A stretch of 63,257 nucleotides of DNA, filler included, from Licmophora abbreviata (lineage: Eukaryota), in assembly GCA_900291995.1 (NCBI GenBank). It is 15 parts of 15 records of this genome, joined end to end, with 100 filler letters (N's around TTAATTAATTAA, not from the genome) between each part and the next. Parts side by side here need not be neighbours in the genome. Positions count along the whole stretch, not along the records: positions 34,633 to 46,679 come from OLMU01005160.1; positions 46,780 to 49,949 come from OLMU01005161.1; 13 more parts are not named here. One strand, 5' to 3'. Positions 35,968 through 48,489 of the stretch are shown here, piece after piece. Numbering within the stretch: the stretch's first letter is position 1; every line of letters starts with the position of its first letter. Below the pieces are notes generated by a model. It worked only from the letters and a program-made list of their open reading frames with translations. It ran no database searches and was not told where the DNA came from. Made by a program: the position numbers and the translations under genes.

Positions 35968-36873
35968 ATGACAAGATCATCACTCCCTCTCGAAACTCGA
36001 ACAACAACCATGGATCAGGTGACCGACACGGGGGCGACTGTGCTTCCCATCCTTGCGGTCGCCCTACTTCAGCATGACCCCTTCCGATGGAGTGCCTCCA
36101 TTTCGAAGAGAGGAAGAGTACTGATGGTGGAAATGGCGATCGCGTGTGTTCTGTATGCCCTTCCGCCGCACACTGTCTTCGCCTTTTGGCGACCCGGCAC
36201 CCGGATAGCCCAGGAAGTCTGGCCCTACGCTTTTCACTCGGCTGTCCCGGCCTGGCTTGTTCACGGCGGTCCTCTTGGACAAGGCTGTGCCAAGCTATGC
36301 GAAGTGCTAGTTGGTTGGATTTTATGGAGAGTGGCACGTGACGAAACATCACTTGAGGCGCGCAACATCATGAGTCCGTTCCAACTGGGTCGTTGGCCAA
36401 GTGCGGAGGCGTGGGTTCTTCTCGTTCTATTTGCGACCGCTGTCAACGCAGTGCTCTCTGTGTGGTCGCATTACACCAAGAGCCGAGGCGATCATAGCGG
36501 GGTGAATGCCATGGTGGAATCATCTGTGGGACGAGAGCTCTCGTGGCTGGAACGGAGCAAGCTTGTTGGCTTGGCGGTTGTCAACGCGATCTGCGAGGAA
36601 GCGTCGTCGCGAGGCTTGTGGCGAGCAGAGTTGCAAGCGAGAGGGAAGCTGTCAGCACATTCTTCTAATTTTGTACAAGCAGCTATCTTTGGGCTATGGC
36701 ATTACCACGGTATTCCGAGTGGATGGACCGGGGTTGGGTTAACGTTCGTGTATGGCTTCATTATGGGTATCCTCCAAGACTATGGAAGAGGACTCTTGCT
36801 GCCAGTCGCGGCTCATTCGATTGCAGATTACTTCATTTTTGCAGTTATTGCAAGAAGGAAAGCAAAGGAGTAG
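35968..36873 (+). CDS. CPBP/Abi (CAAX Rce1-like) intramembrane protease
   Basis: Motifs EEASSRG, FGLWH and AHSIAD within TM segments. Confidence 0.85.
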   Translation: MTRSSLPLETRTTTMDQVTDTGATVLPILAVALLQHDPFRWSASISKRGRVLMVEMAIACVLYALPPHTVFAFWRPGTRIAQEVWPYAFHSAVPAWLVHGGPLGQGCAKLCEVLVGWILWRVARDETSLEARNIMSPFQLGRWPSAEAWVLLVLFATAVNAVLSVWSHYTKSRGDHSGVNAMVESSVGRELSWLERSKLVGLAVVNAICEEASSRGLWRAELQARGKLSAHSSNFVQAAIFGLWHYHGIPSGWTGVGLTFVYGFIMGILQDYGRGLLLPVAAHSIADYFIFAVIARRKAKE

Positions 36874-36980
36874 GCGGTATTGGCTTACATACCTTTACAT
36901 ATCACACAGTTGTTGTCGTACAGTACCACGAAGCAAGCGGCTCGACGACTCGACAATTGCATCCATGTCACAGAATAGGC

Positions 36981-39583
36981 CTAAGTATCTCGCCGCGCTA
37001 ACCCAGCCTGGACGATTGACTCCAAGTACCCAATCCAAGCCATGTACATGATAAGTTTACCAGCAACATGGCCGCCACCAACCTGAAGCATCAAGGGGCC
37101 CAGGACGAGGAGAGCCAATACGTGGAGAGCGTCTGAAATGGGCCTCACCGCGCGAGACAGCTTCGATTGGTAGTCTCCCTCGATCGCTAGTACTGGACGC
37201 CCCTTTTCAGATGGCGACATTGCGAGTCGAAGGAAGAGCGGACCACCAAGGAGCGCGCACACCTTGAGCAGATCCTTGCTCGTGCCTTCCCATTGCATTT
37301 CTGCTGCCCACAGAGCCACATCCAGTTTGCCGAATACCAAGCACGGCCACGTGGGGACTACTACTGCCGCGAAAGAAATCTCTCTGTCTGGTCTTTTGGG
37401 ACGACACGACGTCCAGCCTATAGCCGGCACGGCGAGAAAGATAATCACAAAGATCCATTGGGCAGACAGACGAAAAATTCCGTCCTGTTGATACTCCAAC
37501 AGCATTGCCACCACCTGCACGAAGGTCGCAATGATCATAATCCACACGGCCTGCATCACCAGTACCCTCGTTGTCGAAGTCTCTGTGGAAAGTTGCTCCG
37601 ACGTTACCCTGAGAGCGACCCGACACGCCCAAATTACAGCATTGGCGACAAAGGCCAACACCATAAAACAGCCTGCCGACATGTCGGCGTTTGAAAGTGT
37701 CCATCCGACAACGGAGAGAACACATGGAATAGCGACGGAATACCACGCGGCACGAGTCTCAAGGTTGGGCGCCAGCATGTAGAGACAGCAGCCCACCACG
37801 TACATTCCAATCAGTAGCTCCAGCCGATACAACATGGACGATTCCATGGCAAGCGACGTCCAAAATCCAAATTCCCGCTACACAAAAAGTAACATCAGTA
37901 TCAACACAACAACAACAACAGCATTTCAGTACCAGGTGTTACCTTCCCTCCAGGTACGATAACGCAATTCGCGACTTGCAATGTAAACTTACTCGGAACT
38001 CCTCTCGTTCCATCTCGAGTCGTTCTGCAAATGTCATGTCGTCATTCCTTCCCGAGAACTGCTCTTGCACACGACGCAACCGTTCACTCGTGCTAGTGTC
38101 GCCGGTAGTAGTAGAAGTAGTTGTTGTTCTTTCCAATCCAAGAATCATCTTGCGCACCTGCAATAGCAAGTTGTGACACCACACAATAGCCCGATGGTCC
38201 ATTCCGAATCGCGCCCTCGCCATGCCACTGTCCTGCCGTGGCTCCATTATGTCGTTTGCTAGCAGCTGACCGATACAGCAATATCAGCAATCACGGGACG
38301 ACGATGCATGAAACAGCAAGAGTGAATATCAATAATCTACATGGACAAACAATTCAAAAAATCCTCCATGCAAAATGTTGCGTATGCATTCGTACCGTCA
38401 TGGTATTCTTTCCCTCGACACGACACAATTCAGGTGCAATCAATTCATCCCTCAGTCCCCCCGAAATCGAAATGACTGCAAAATCATCCTCCAAACTACT
38501 ACTGCTACTACTAGCAGCACTGTGCTCTTCCAATGTCTTGTAGAATTCCTCTACACTCTCATCCCATGCATACGATAGCTTCGCATGCGGCGACGCCAGT
38601 GTAATGAGAGTTCTCATACCACCACCACTACTACTTCTAGTTGTAGTAGAAGATCCAGTATCCATGTACAATACACGAGCGGCACGAGCCACAACTCCCC
38701 CAATGGAATGTCCCACCACTGCAATGTGCGATGCAGAATGGCAGTTGTCTCGCTACGCCGGGGTAATATAGACGTGAGCAACGAAGAAGAAGCACCACAA
38801 TGACATACTCACTACATACTATAGACAAGTATAAATACATACCAGCATCAAGAACTCTACAACGTGTGCTACAAACTGTGCTTGCGCATGCAAGAATCGT
38901 CCATGCAAGCCTGCACCCTGTTCCAGAAAGTCAATCGCATAGACATCGTAGTAGTCGTCATCATAGATTGCAGTCGTGTTGTGTTTTATACTATTGCGCT
39001 GTTTCAAGTGCGCAAGTACCTGTTCCACATGACGTTTGGACTCGTGCTGCCTCGTAAGTTGAATCCCATGCGCTCCGAGACTTCTCGATTGAGAATAGCT
39101 ACCCCAATGTCCTGGAACGTACAAGACGACCAAGTGAGATGGATTGCAGTTGTCAATATGAACCGAGGATTTGTTGTTGTTGTTGTTGTTGTTAGTATTC
39201 TGCTCGTGAAATCGAGCATCGCGACGATCGGTGAATTGATAGAGTTTGTAATTCTTGTTGTAAGAATCATGGGTATGGGTCGTGGTGTGGATGATGGGTA
39301 CAAAGTGTCTCATGCTATAGGTCATGTCGCACTCGACTCCTGTATGAAGTGTGCGAATGCGATGAAGAATTCCAAAGACATAGAAGGATACAAAGAAGAG
39401 GTGAAGTAGTAGTGTAGTAGTTATAGTAGTAGTAGAAAGGAAGGATGATAATGATGATGATGGTCTAGTAGTAGTGGTAGAAGTAGCATCGTGTGGGGGA
39501 GGCGCCGGTGTTTTGGTCGTGTCGTCGTTTGGAAGACGGCGCCTTCGCAGCGAGTTTTGGTTGCTTTTGCCTTGTCGTTCCAT
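36981..39583 (-). CDS. PGAP1: GPI inositol-deacylase (PGAP1/Bst1-like), multi-exon
   Basis: Motifs CDMTY, YVPGHWGSYSQSRSL, VYAIDF, VGHSIGGVVAR, ITLASPH, ISGGLRD and DHRAIVWC across successive minus-strand ORFs, followed by a multi-TM C-terminus. Confidence 0.85.
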
Positions 39584-40164
39584 GCTGCTGCTGATTCATT
39601 CATGCATTCACTGAGAAAACAACAAGAACAAGAACAAGAACAACAACAACAAGAGCGACCATCATCGTTGTTGTCCTTTTTCACTAGATTTCAAGATTTC
39701 GTTCCAAAAGCACGAGGTCTGAGGTCTGATTAAAACTTCAACCTGAGCTTGGATTGATATCCGAGTGACGTTGAACTTCAACAAGCGATCCACCAATCAG
39801 AATAGACCACGTCACTTCCCAATCGTAGACTGTGGTACGATTCCTACGGGCGATCCAAAAATCCCTCCCAAGTCTACTCACCCCCAAGCAAAACTGAAAA
39901 CGAACGAGCAGCAGTTCAAGGTCGTGGTTGAAGCGAGGGGCATTCATGTTCAACATCGTGACGCCCAATCTTCTCTTTTTGAAATCGGTGTGAGAAAGCT
40001 CTGTGCTTGCTGCTGAGCACGAAGAAGAACTGATTGATTCGAAACAGGGTATGCTCCTCACCATGGCGACCCCTACTGCAGAAACTACAACGTAAGTTCT
40101 CTCTGCGAGCTAGCAAGAAATCGCAAGAACACTGAGGCACGAAAATGACTCGGACCCAAAACTA

Positions 40165-40280
40165 CAGTCTACCAGGCTAGTCGAGTCTACCGGGCTAGTC
40201 AAGTCTACCGGTACCGGCACTACAATCTATGCTAGAGTGCAGTGTACTAGCTAGTGCAGTGCAGTGCAGTGCAGTGTATA
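40165..40280. repeat. Short tandem repeats: about 18-bp AGTCTACCRGGCTAGTC units and a (GTGCA)n microsatellite
   Basis: Seen directly at 40165-40212 and 40254-40277. Confidence 0.7.
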
Positions 40281-40358
40281 GTCGTGGGATATCGGTCTTA
40301 ACCCGCTCTCACTTTTGTTCTTTCTATCGATACCTTCAGACTCCTCCCCTCGTCCTCC

Positions 40359-42453
40359 TTGCTCGTACAGGCAGCTCGTAACGCTGCTCAAGCAGACGGC
40401 CTCGTAGTGCCTGCTACTACTTTTCAGAACAACAACAGTCAAGATGCTGCAGCTGCTCTCACTTCCATTGGCACTACTACTGCTAGCACTAGCACTAACG
40501 ACCCCGTCATGGAGCAAGCCCGTGCTGCCATTGCTGCACAACAACAGACAGCAGACACGGCACCGACGGCAGGAGGCGCTGCCTTTCTTGCCTCCGCTCC
40601 TTCCACTCGTCGCAGCAGTAGCACAGTTATGACCAACACTGCCTCTACTACTACCACTTCTACTTCCAACAACAACGCCTCTTCCAAAAAGAAAGGCCCC
40701 GTCCTTCGCCGGGGCAAGTGGACACCGGAAGAAGAGGCCTACGCCAATCGCTTGATTCAAGAATTCAAGGCCGGTCTCCTGCCCCTCACGGACGGTACCA
40801 CCCTCCGCACCTTTCTTTCCAAACTCCTCAATTGCGATCCCATGCGCATTTCCAAAAAGTTTGTAGGAAACAATTGTATTGGAAAACAAGTCTTTCGAAG
40901 ACGAACGGCAGATATCAATCGATTGACGACGGAACAGATTCAACACAGTCGAGCGGAACTGAGCGAGTGAGTTCATAGTGTCGATCCGTCTCTCTCTCTC
41001 TGTTCATATTCAACAATATTAGCTCACACCACGTGGTGCGCTTCATATTCTCCATCGCACACAGACTCGAGCGCCGATTCTTGGATCGCGTGGCACAGAC
41101 GAATCGCGTCAAGTCCTCGGGAGTGGCACCCACGCCCACGGGCATTCCCACCAGCGGCGGAATCAAACTCAAGGACGAAGTCGGCGACGCGCCCAGTCCT
41201 CCCTGGCTGCAGCCTCCCCTGGGCTACAAGCACGGCACAGGAGCCGCCATGGCGGCTGCCGCGCTATCGGGAGGGAATGCCAATAGTAGAGCTGCAGCTG
41301 CGGGACGAGCGCTCCTCTTGGGAGGCTCGACGGGACGCAAGTCCTTGTCGCCGCATGGGAGTGCTGGATTCTTGGCGGAGTTGCACCGAAACAGTCAGCA
41401 GAATCTTTTGCAGAGTGCCTTGAATCGAACGTCCGCCACCAACTTGTTGGCGTCCTCGGGTCTCTCGGGGTCCGCCATGGCCCAGATTGCACGCAATGCT
41501 TCGGCCGCACGATTGGCCAGCATGGCGGCAGGTGGCAGCAGTGGGATGATGCACATGTCGCGGGATCAGTTGAATGCACTGGCGTCTGGGAATTCTCTTT
41601 CCAACATGATGGAGCGACAGTCGAGTTTTGATGCGCTCATGTCGTTGGACTTTCAAAGTTTGCAGAGTATTGACAATTTGGCGAATTTGATTCAGACGCA
41701 ACCGGAAAATGGAATGAAGAATTGGTCGGCGGATGCAACGTCGCATGGGAGTTCTGGGAATTTTGTAGACGCAAGGAGAATGACGAGTACGGGACGGATG
41801 GAATCGTTGTTGCAGTCCCTATCGAGCAACAATGTCAACAAGGCTGGTGTTGCGCCTGGTGCTGTTCCTTCGGGCAGCTCCAATTCCAACTTTGGGAACT
41901 TACTTCAGAGTATGCAGGGCAACCTCGGAGCTTCGGGAAACAGTACGAGCAGTCTGTTTGGAGGTGCAAGTGCGGCTTCACTTGCCAACTTGCTTCGACA
42001 GGACTCGTCGACGGGATTGACCGCACTGCGCATGCAGGATGGATTGACGCAGCGCAATACCAGTGTCGATGACTTTTTGAGTCTGGTGGCATCCGGGGAT
42101 ATTTCGCATCACGATCCACTGTTGAATGTGCCCATGCATATGCAGCATGGTGGAGAGCAGCAAGCAGCGCAGCTGCTGGCGCAGCAGCAGCAGTTGCTGG
42201 CTCAAGCTTGTAAGTGTCACACAACAATGTGGGAGTTTTTCGTGTGTCTTTGGATCATTTTTTTACTGACACATTGCTCTTTCATGTTTGCTTCGTAGCC
42301 TCTGGAAACTCGGCACTCGCCAACGCCCTGCGCGCTGGTTCTCTCAACAACCTTCGCAACACCGCCGCTGCAGGTCGTATCACCACCGAAAGCTCATCGG
42401 GCAGCAAACGAAAACTCGACATGGGTGAAAATCAAGGGTCCAACAAGAGATAG
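40359..42453 (+). CDS. Putative transcription factor with stramenopile-type Myb-like RRGKWTPEEE...CDPMRISKKF domain; start uncertain
   Basis: Compact conserved-looking domain at 40700-40960, then a long S/G/N/Q-rich tail. Introns near 40967-41063 and 42210-42298. Confidence 0.75.
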
Positions 42454-42920
42454 GGGAACTTCGCAGCAACACGACATACACAATACATGGGAGCATCTTT
42501 GGCGCTGCATCGGGCCAAAATACGCTACAGAGCAGCTTGCTTGACGTTTGTTTGAATTTACCTGTATGCATGATAAGACAATTATGATTTGTACTCGTAT
42601 CATGTTGTCAAAAAGCAGAAACTAGCTACGAGTACCTCGTAGAATACTCTAGTTCCAGGGACTGGTAGGTGGTAGTTCACGTACTATTATCATACTGTGA
42701 AACATCAATTCATTGCGACCGTCGAAACGTGCTTTCTGTCATGACATGTCGCATCGGACTCCACGTCATCCGGCGAACTCCGTCGTGCACCTCACCGCCA
42801 TCGATCACAATCGAACAAACTGACGATGGATGACACATCGCGTCGTTCGAGGTCACTGCAGTTTACCACAGGAGTTCTATCTCACAGTACACAGTAGTAG
42901 CTCCTAGAGATCACGAAAAA

Positions 42921-45007
42921 ATGGCTCCCCAAGAACCAATACCGCAGCAGCAGCAGGAAACGAAAGCGTCGATCAACGGCGGCGAAGTCTTTCCGCAGCA
43001 GGACCCTACTGCATCAGTACCGGTAGCAGCATCTCCACCACCGTCCAAAAAGAATGTGCCCTTGGTCGAGCTGGAACTTGAAAATGTCACTTACGCTCCC
43101 GTGACTGCCTCCGTCGGCAAGAAGCGAGACACGCTCAAGGAACGCAAGGTCGTTCTCAGCAACGTCTCGACGAAACTCACTCCGTACCAGCTGACTGCTT
43201 GGATGGGAGCTTCCGGCAGTGGCAAAACGAGTTTGATTTCCGTCGCCGCGGGATTGACACAGTCGGAGGATATATTGGAATCCAGTCTCATCAAAATCAA
43301 CGGAGAAGAGGGGACTCTTCCAAAGCGCTTGGTCGGCGTGGTATGGCAGGACGATTTGCTGCTTTCCAATCTGACGGTCGAGGAAACGATTTACTTTGCC
43401 GCCAAATTGAAGACTCCATCGACCACACCGGATTCGCAAGTACACAAGGTAGTACACGAGACTATGGAAGAGCTGGGACTTTTGCACGTGCGGGACAGTC
43501 TCATTGGCGGTGGGAACACGCGTGGCATTTCCGGAGGCGAGCGAAAGCGCGTCTCCGTCGCGTCGGAACTTGTCGTCCGGCCCTCCCTCTTGCTCCTCGA
43601 CGAACCGACCAGTGGACTCGACAGTACCAGTAGCTTCTTGCTCATGCAGACACTGCAGGATTTGGCCCACGACGGTGGACATACGATTGCCGCCGTGATT
43701 CATCAGCCGCGGACGGCCATCTTTGGACTGCTCGACCATCTGCTCTTGTTGAGTCATGGACAAGTTGTCTACAATGGCATCCCATGTGGGGCACGGGCTC
43801 ACTTTGAGTCTTGTCCCACCATTCAAGCACTTCCTCCCGAGACGGGCATTGCCGACTGGTTGATGGATCTGATCAAAGAGGATGAGAATGGAGAACAGCG
43901 ATTGCCGCAGTTGTGGAAGGAGCGACGAGTTGTTGTGTCTTCGGTGGGCGACTGCCAGGACGACCGCAGCAGCAACAGCGTCACCATCCAAAAGGCGGAA
44001 AGACAGAAACTTGTAACGCGAAAGATGAGTTCTCTGGCGGAGCTCCATTCGATTCCGAAATACGAGACAGGATTCCTCACTCAACTTTCGCTTCTGAGCA
44101 AGCGAGCATTGAAACAGAATCGTGGCGAGAAATTGACCAAGACAAGTTTGATACTTGCCATTGCGTACACAGCCTTTACTGCATTGATATGGTGGCGCAT
44201 TCCAAACGATGTGGGACACGTGTACGATCGAAATTCACTGCTCTTTTTCATGTTGATTGCGCAAAGCAACGGCATTGTCACGTCCAGTGTCACCATCTTT
44301 CAACAAGAACGTTCGCTCTTGCATCGCGAACGAGCCAAGAAAATGTACGGCGTCTTGCCGTACTTTCTTGCCAAGACGGCTTCGGACATGACCAATAACG
44401 TCTTGCTACCGTGTGTCTATGGTGGTGTCACCTACTGGTTGGCCAATCTTCGACCCACGGGCGCAGCGTACGTCAAGTTCCTTCTAGCCTTCTATTGGAC
44501 GCTGTCGACAGCCCAAAGTATGGGAACCTTTCTGTCCGTATCGATTCCCCACACGCAGATTAGTCTGCTCATTGCTCCGGCTGTGACGCTTTTTTTCATG
44601 ATGTAAGACTATGTGTGTGAAGTGGTGTCATGGAGTGCTCGTCTGGATCCACCGATTCGCTCAACTAACTCGTTCGTTTGCCTTGCATCAGTATGGGAGG
44701 TTTCTACGTTCCCTTTGAGAATCTGAACCCCGCCATTCAGTGGGCAAGCTGGTTGTCGTTTGCTCGATACGGCTACTCTGGCTTTCTCGTCAACGAATAT
44801 GAAGGCCGGAATGTTCCATGTGCGGACGGCGAGGTTGCAATTTCCATTGGTGATTCCGAGGAGTGTCCACAGCCCGGTGAAGAAATACTTTCCAGCCTGG
44901 GCATCGAGGGAGTCACTGCCAACTACTGGTTCAATCTGGGAATTGTCATTGCCCTGCAAGTGTTCTTTCGGACAGCTGCGTACGTACTACTGCGGCGTCG
45001 GCGGTAG
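42921..45007 (+). CDS. ABCG (White-family) half transporter
   Basis: Motifs GASGSGKT, ISGGERKR, LLLDEPTSGLDS and IHQP. NBD-TMD order. Intron 44603-44691. Confidence 0.95.
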
Positions 45008-45122
45008 TCTTTGGAATGATGCGTACTGCACTCTTGTATAACGATAACGTTGGGTTAGAGAAATTTGTACATGAAGAGTCTCTTCGTCAACTTCTAGTTT
45101 TTCTTACTTCGTATCTTTCTTC

Positions 45123-46490
45123 TCATCTGTCTTCCTTTTGAAGCAACCCTGCATCCATGCAAGCATAAAAGTCAGGAGTGGCAAAAACATTCGTCATAAT
45201 GGCAAAGATATCATCTTTCTCTTCCATCGAGCCAGGATAAAACTCTGGCGCAATCTTTCGCAACTCCCCCAGTTTATGAAACGGCACGGTCGGAAAGTCG
45301 TGATGTTCCATGTGAAATACCGTGTTCAACGTAAGAAGCTCATACCATCGTCCCGCATACGTGGATGACGTCGGGACGCATTTGCCACCACCGTCGTCAT
45401 TTGCAGTGATTTGTGAACCATGGTTGGTAACAAACATGGCACACGCGGGGTGCGGCGGGATCGACCAGAGCGTCTCGGAAAGGTACAAGAACAAGAGCGC
45501 CTTCCACCCCACGGCCGCCCACAGTGCGCCTCGCACGAGGAGCGCACTGCGTGCATAGGCGGCACAGTCTTGATGAAAGGAATCGGGCTTGTTGGGAAAG
45601 TAAAAGTTCCGACCACTCGCTGCTACGAAGACGTCGTTACAGGCAATGGCGCATCGCTCGAAGAGAAAGGAAGCAGCAAACATGGCAGCATTCCAAGTCG
45701 CGTTCCCATCTCGCCACAATTGGAATCCCGCATCGCTGATGGATATCTTGACTTCCTTGCCATTGGTTCCAGGAATAGGTATCTTGGGTCCAATGTCACC
45801 CTTCAACTTCATGCGATGAGCCACAAAAAGCACATCACCATCCTCAAAGTCCGCTTGTTCCGAGTCAAAGAGCTGTTCGAGGGAGGCCTTATTGGGATCC
45901 CCCAGGTTTTTATGATGCGACAAGTGCCCATACTTGAGATATAGGTAGTAGCCAAAGATGGATGGCATGGAAGCCCAGAATAAGAGTGTATCTTGAGCTT
46001 GTTTCCGATTCATGCCCAAAATAGTAGTTTTGCCCCCTTTTTCAAAAAAGCACCCATGAATGACATCGTGCAGCAATTGGAGCTGCCAGAGGGACAAGAC
46101 AGAGCCCGGAAAAATTGCTAATGCAAAAATTGCGGCGACAGGAAGCGAAGCACTCCAAAGAGACAAGATCAGAAGCGATAGATCGACAAACGCCAACAGA
46201 GGAAGTCCAATGTTCTGACTTGTAGCTCGTTCGAGCGGCGCAATCTGGTCGCCGTAGACTTCCATCATTTGACGACGGCGTTCTCGATGCCATTCAGAAG
46301 CGTCAGATTCAGAAGGGGAAGACCATTTCGACGCGGGAGTAGCTATTGGTACAGCAAAGAGTGGCTGATGGTGCTCGGATCGAACTTCTGCCCGGCGAAA
46401 ACTACCGTGAGGGGGGTTCACTTGAAAAGCTTGGGCGGTGCAGATCAGGAGTAGGCAAACGTGCATCATCATGGGAACAAGAAGAAGCAT
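45123..46490 (-). CDS. Membrane fatty-acid/sphingolipid delta4-desaturase-like protein with probable bipartite plastid signal
   Basis: His boxes HDVIHG, HLSHH and HMEHHDFP, plus an HRERRRQM motif as in DES1-like proteins. Signal peptide ends AQA-F. Confidence 0.82.
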   Translation of the reverse strand: MLLLVPMMMHVCLLLICTAQAFQVNPPHGSFRRAEVRSEHHQPLFAVPIATPASKWSSPSESDASEWHRERRRQMMEVYGDQIAPLERATSQNIGLPLLAFVDLSLLILSLWSASLPVAAIFALAIFPGSVLSLWQLQLLHDVIHGCFFEKGGKTTILGMNRKQAQDTLLFWASMPSIFGYYLYLKYGHLSHHKNLGDPNKASLEQLFDSEQADFEDGDVLFVAHRMKLKGDIGPKIPIPGTNGKEVKISISDAGFQLWRDGNATWNAAMFAASFLFERCAIACNDVFVAASGRNFYFPNKPDSFHQDCAAYARSALLVRGALWAAVGWKALLFLYLSETLWSIPPHPACAMFVTNHGSQITANDDGGGKCVPTSSTYAGRWYELLTLNTVFHMEHHDFPTVPFHKLGELRKIAPEFYPGSMEEKDDIFAIMTNVFATPDFYACMDAGLLQKEDR

Positions 46491-46898
46491 ACTACCGTAA
46501 TAACAATTTGAAACGGAGACAAACACGAGAGAGTAGAAAAGTTGATGAACGGAGCCCCACTGCCGTTACACCATGGAAGCTGAATCCAGAATCCAGCCTT
46601 GCGACAAAATCCATGAGTTCAAGCTGGGAGAGACGGTACTACCGAGTACCGGGCATCTCACAGTATCCAGCACGAAAATNNNNNNNNNNNNNNNNNNNNN
46701 NNNNNNNNNNNNNNNNNNNNNNNTTAATTAATTAANNNNNNNNNNNNNNNNNNNNNNNNNNNNNNNNNNNNNNNNNNNNGTCATGACACCGGCGCCAAAG
46801 TGCACAAGTCCGCGAGTACAACAAAAATTGCGTTGAAGAGATCTTCACAAAATCATCGTAATCTCTCACTCTTTTTCGAGCGAGGCCCAATCATCACC

Positions 46899-48011
46899 AT
46901 GTACTTCCACATTACGCTCGCAATCATCGGCTCATTCGCCTCCTTCGGCCATGCAGTCGATTCGTCCGCGTGGTTCGAACGCTACGGACTGGGCACGCCA
47001 AACTTGAATCGCTTCAATGCCACGGTTGACATGACCGTCGACCCGGATACCTGCGACTACTCGCTTACATTCATCTTTACGCACGATGACACTCTTCCCG
47101 TGCCCGATGATCCCCCGAATCAGTGCAATCCGGCCAACTCGGATCTCCTAGCTACCGATGGCGAACCCTACTTTGCCGATGCACGCTGGCATTATACGGA
47201 GCTGCCTGACTACATGATGACGGCCGCGGGCTTTGATCATATCTCTCTGGACTTTAATCCTTGTGGACACCCACCGTGAGTTTTGTCCTGTTTCAAAAGA
47301 GTGAATTTCCCATATTTGTTTACTCAAAACGCGCTGCTCCTTACTACTCACTATCATAATTTTAGCATTGGCTCCTTCAACAAGCCCCACTATGACATTC
47401 ACTTTTATCGGATGCCGCTCTCGTACCGCGAGGCAAACATGTCTTGCGATGTCATCCCTGATCTCAGTCCCTACGTTCCTCTCTGCGTGCCGTTCGACCA
47501 GACAACTGAGAGTGGCCTAGGCTTCTTCACTCGCATTAATGTCGAACTCGAAGACGCTCCGGTGGGTTTCTCAGCTCCTCCCGACACTGCAATTGCATAC
47601 ATGGGAACTCATGCATGGCTGGTAGAAGACACTCCGACAGTGGAAGAGTGGCTAGAGCCGATCACTATTACCGGCTTTCATGCAGACGAAATTACTGCCT
47701 ACTTTGAAGTCATGGTGCCACTGGAATTCATCACGGGCAGTATGGACCAGACGTTCAGCGAAGACGTGACGTATACGAACCAGACGATGACGGATCTTCC
47801 TTTTACGTACACTTTTGTGTACGATGGTGATGGTACCAAGGCGAACACCCTTGTGATAAAGGGAAAGTCTAATGTGTGTGCGGATGAGTTTGACGAGCTC
47901 AAGAATGGTGGCGACGGTGGAACGAGCGGTGGAGTTGTCTTTTCGAGCAGCAGCATTGTCACGATGCTTGGAACGATGCTGTCGGGACTTTTGTCGGTGT
48001 GGGCGCTCTAG
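46899..48011 (+). CDS. Secreted or GPI-anchored DUF5602/TTHB210-like protein
   Basis: Signal peptide, motifs FDHISLDFNPCGHP|...KPHYDIHFY and MGTH, hydrophobic C-tail. Intron near 47276-47365. Confidence 0.7.
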
Positions 48012-48489
48012 TGCACCTTTTGGTAGGTGTCCAAAACTGTGCATGTTCAAAGTCGCTCGAACACACAGAACAACCTCTCTATAAGTACTATCATGATGTT
48101 TGAACTAGCTACATTGCATCTACTCCTCCTTTAGCTAGTTAGCATGGCTTTCAAAGAACCACTTTTGATTCGCTCGTGCTCCTCTGTATCCTTTCGTATC
48201 ACTACCATCGCATTGCACTGTATGATACCGGTACGTTCTACCTGGTAATGACAGCCTACATAGAAAGAGCATCATTGTCGTGGTGTTGTTGAGCCAGAGG
48301 GGCGCCCTGGAAGACTCACTCGACTAACTCACGCGAGATCTGCGAGCTCATCAGGGGGAAAAGTATGATAAAAGCTCTAAAAAAGAAAACGGCTCAGAAC
48401 CTTTTCCCATGGTGACCACGAAATTGAGACTTGCCGCCGACACACTCCCAGACGGAGATTTACACAAAAACAAAAACAGAACAAGCACC

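Noticed and set aside
43014..44219. 401-aa antisense ORF (similar cases at 2331..3206, 15619..16482 and 24607..25383)
   Set aside because: They overlap well-supported genes on the other strand and have no recognisable motifs.
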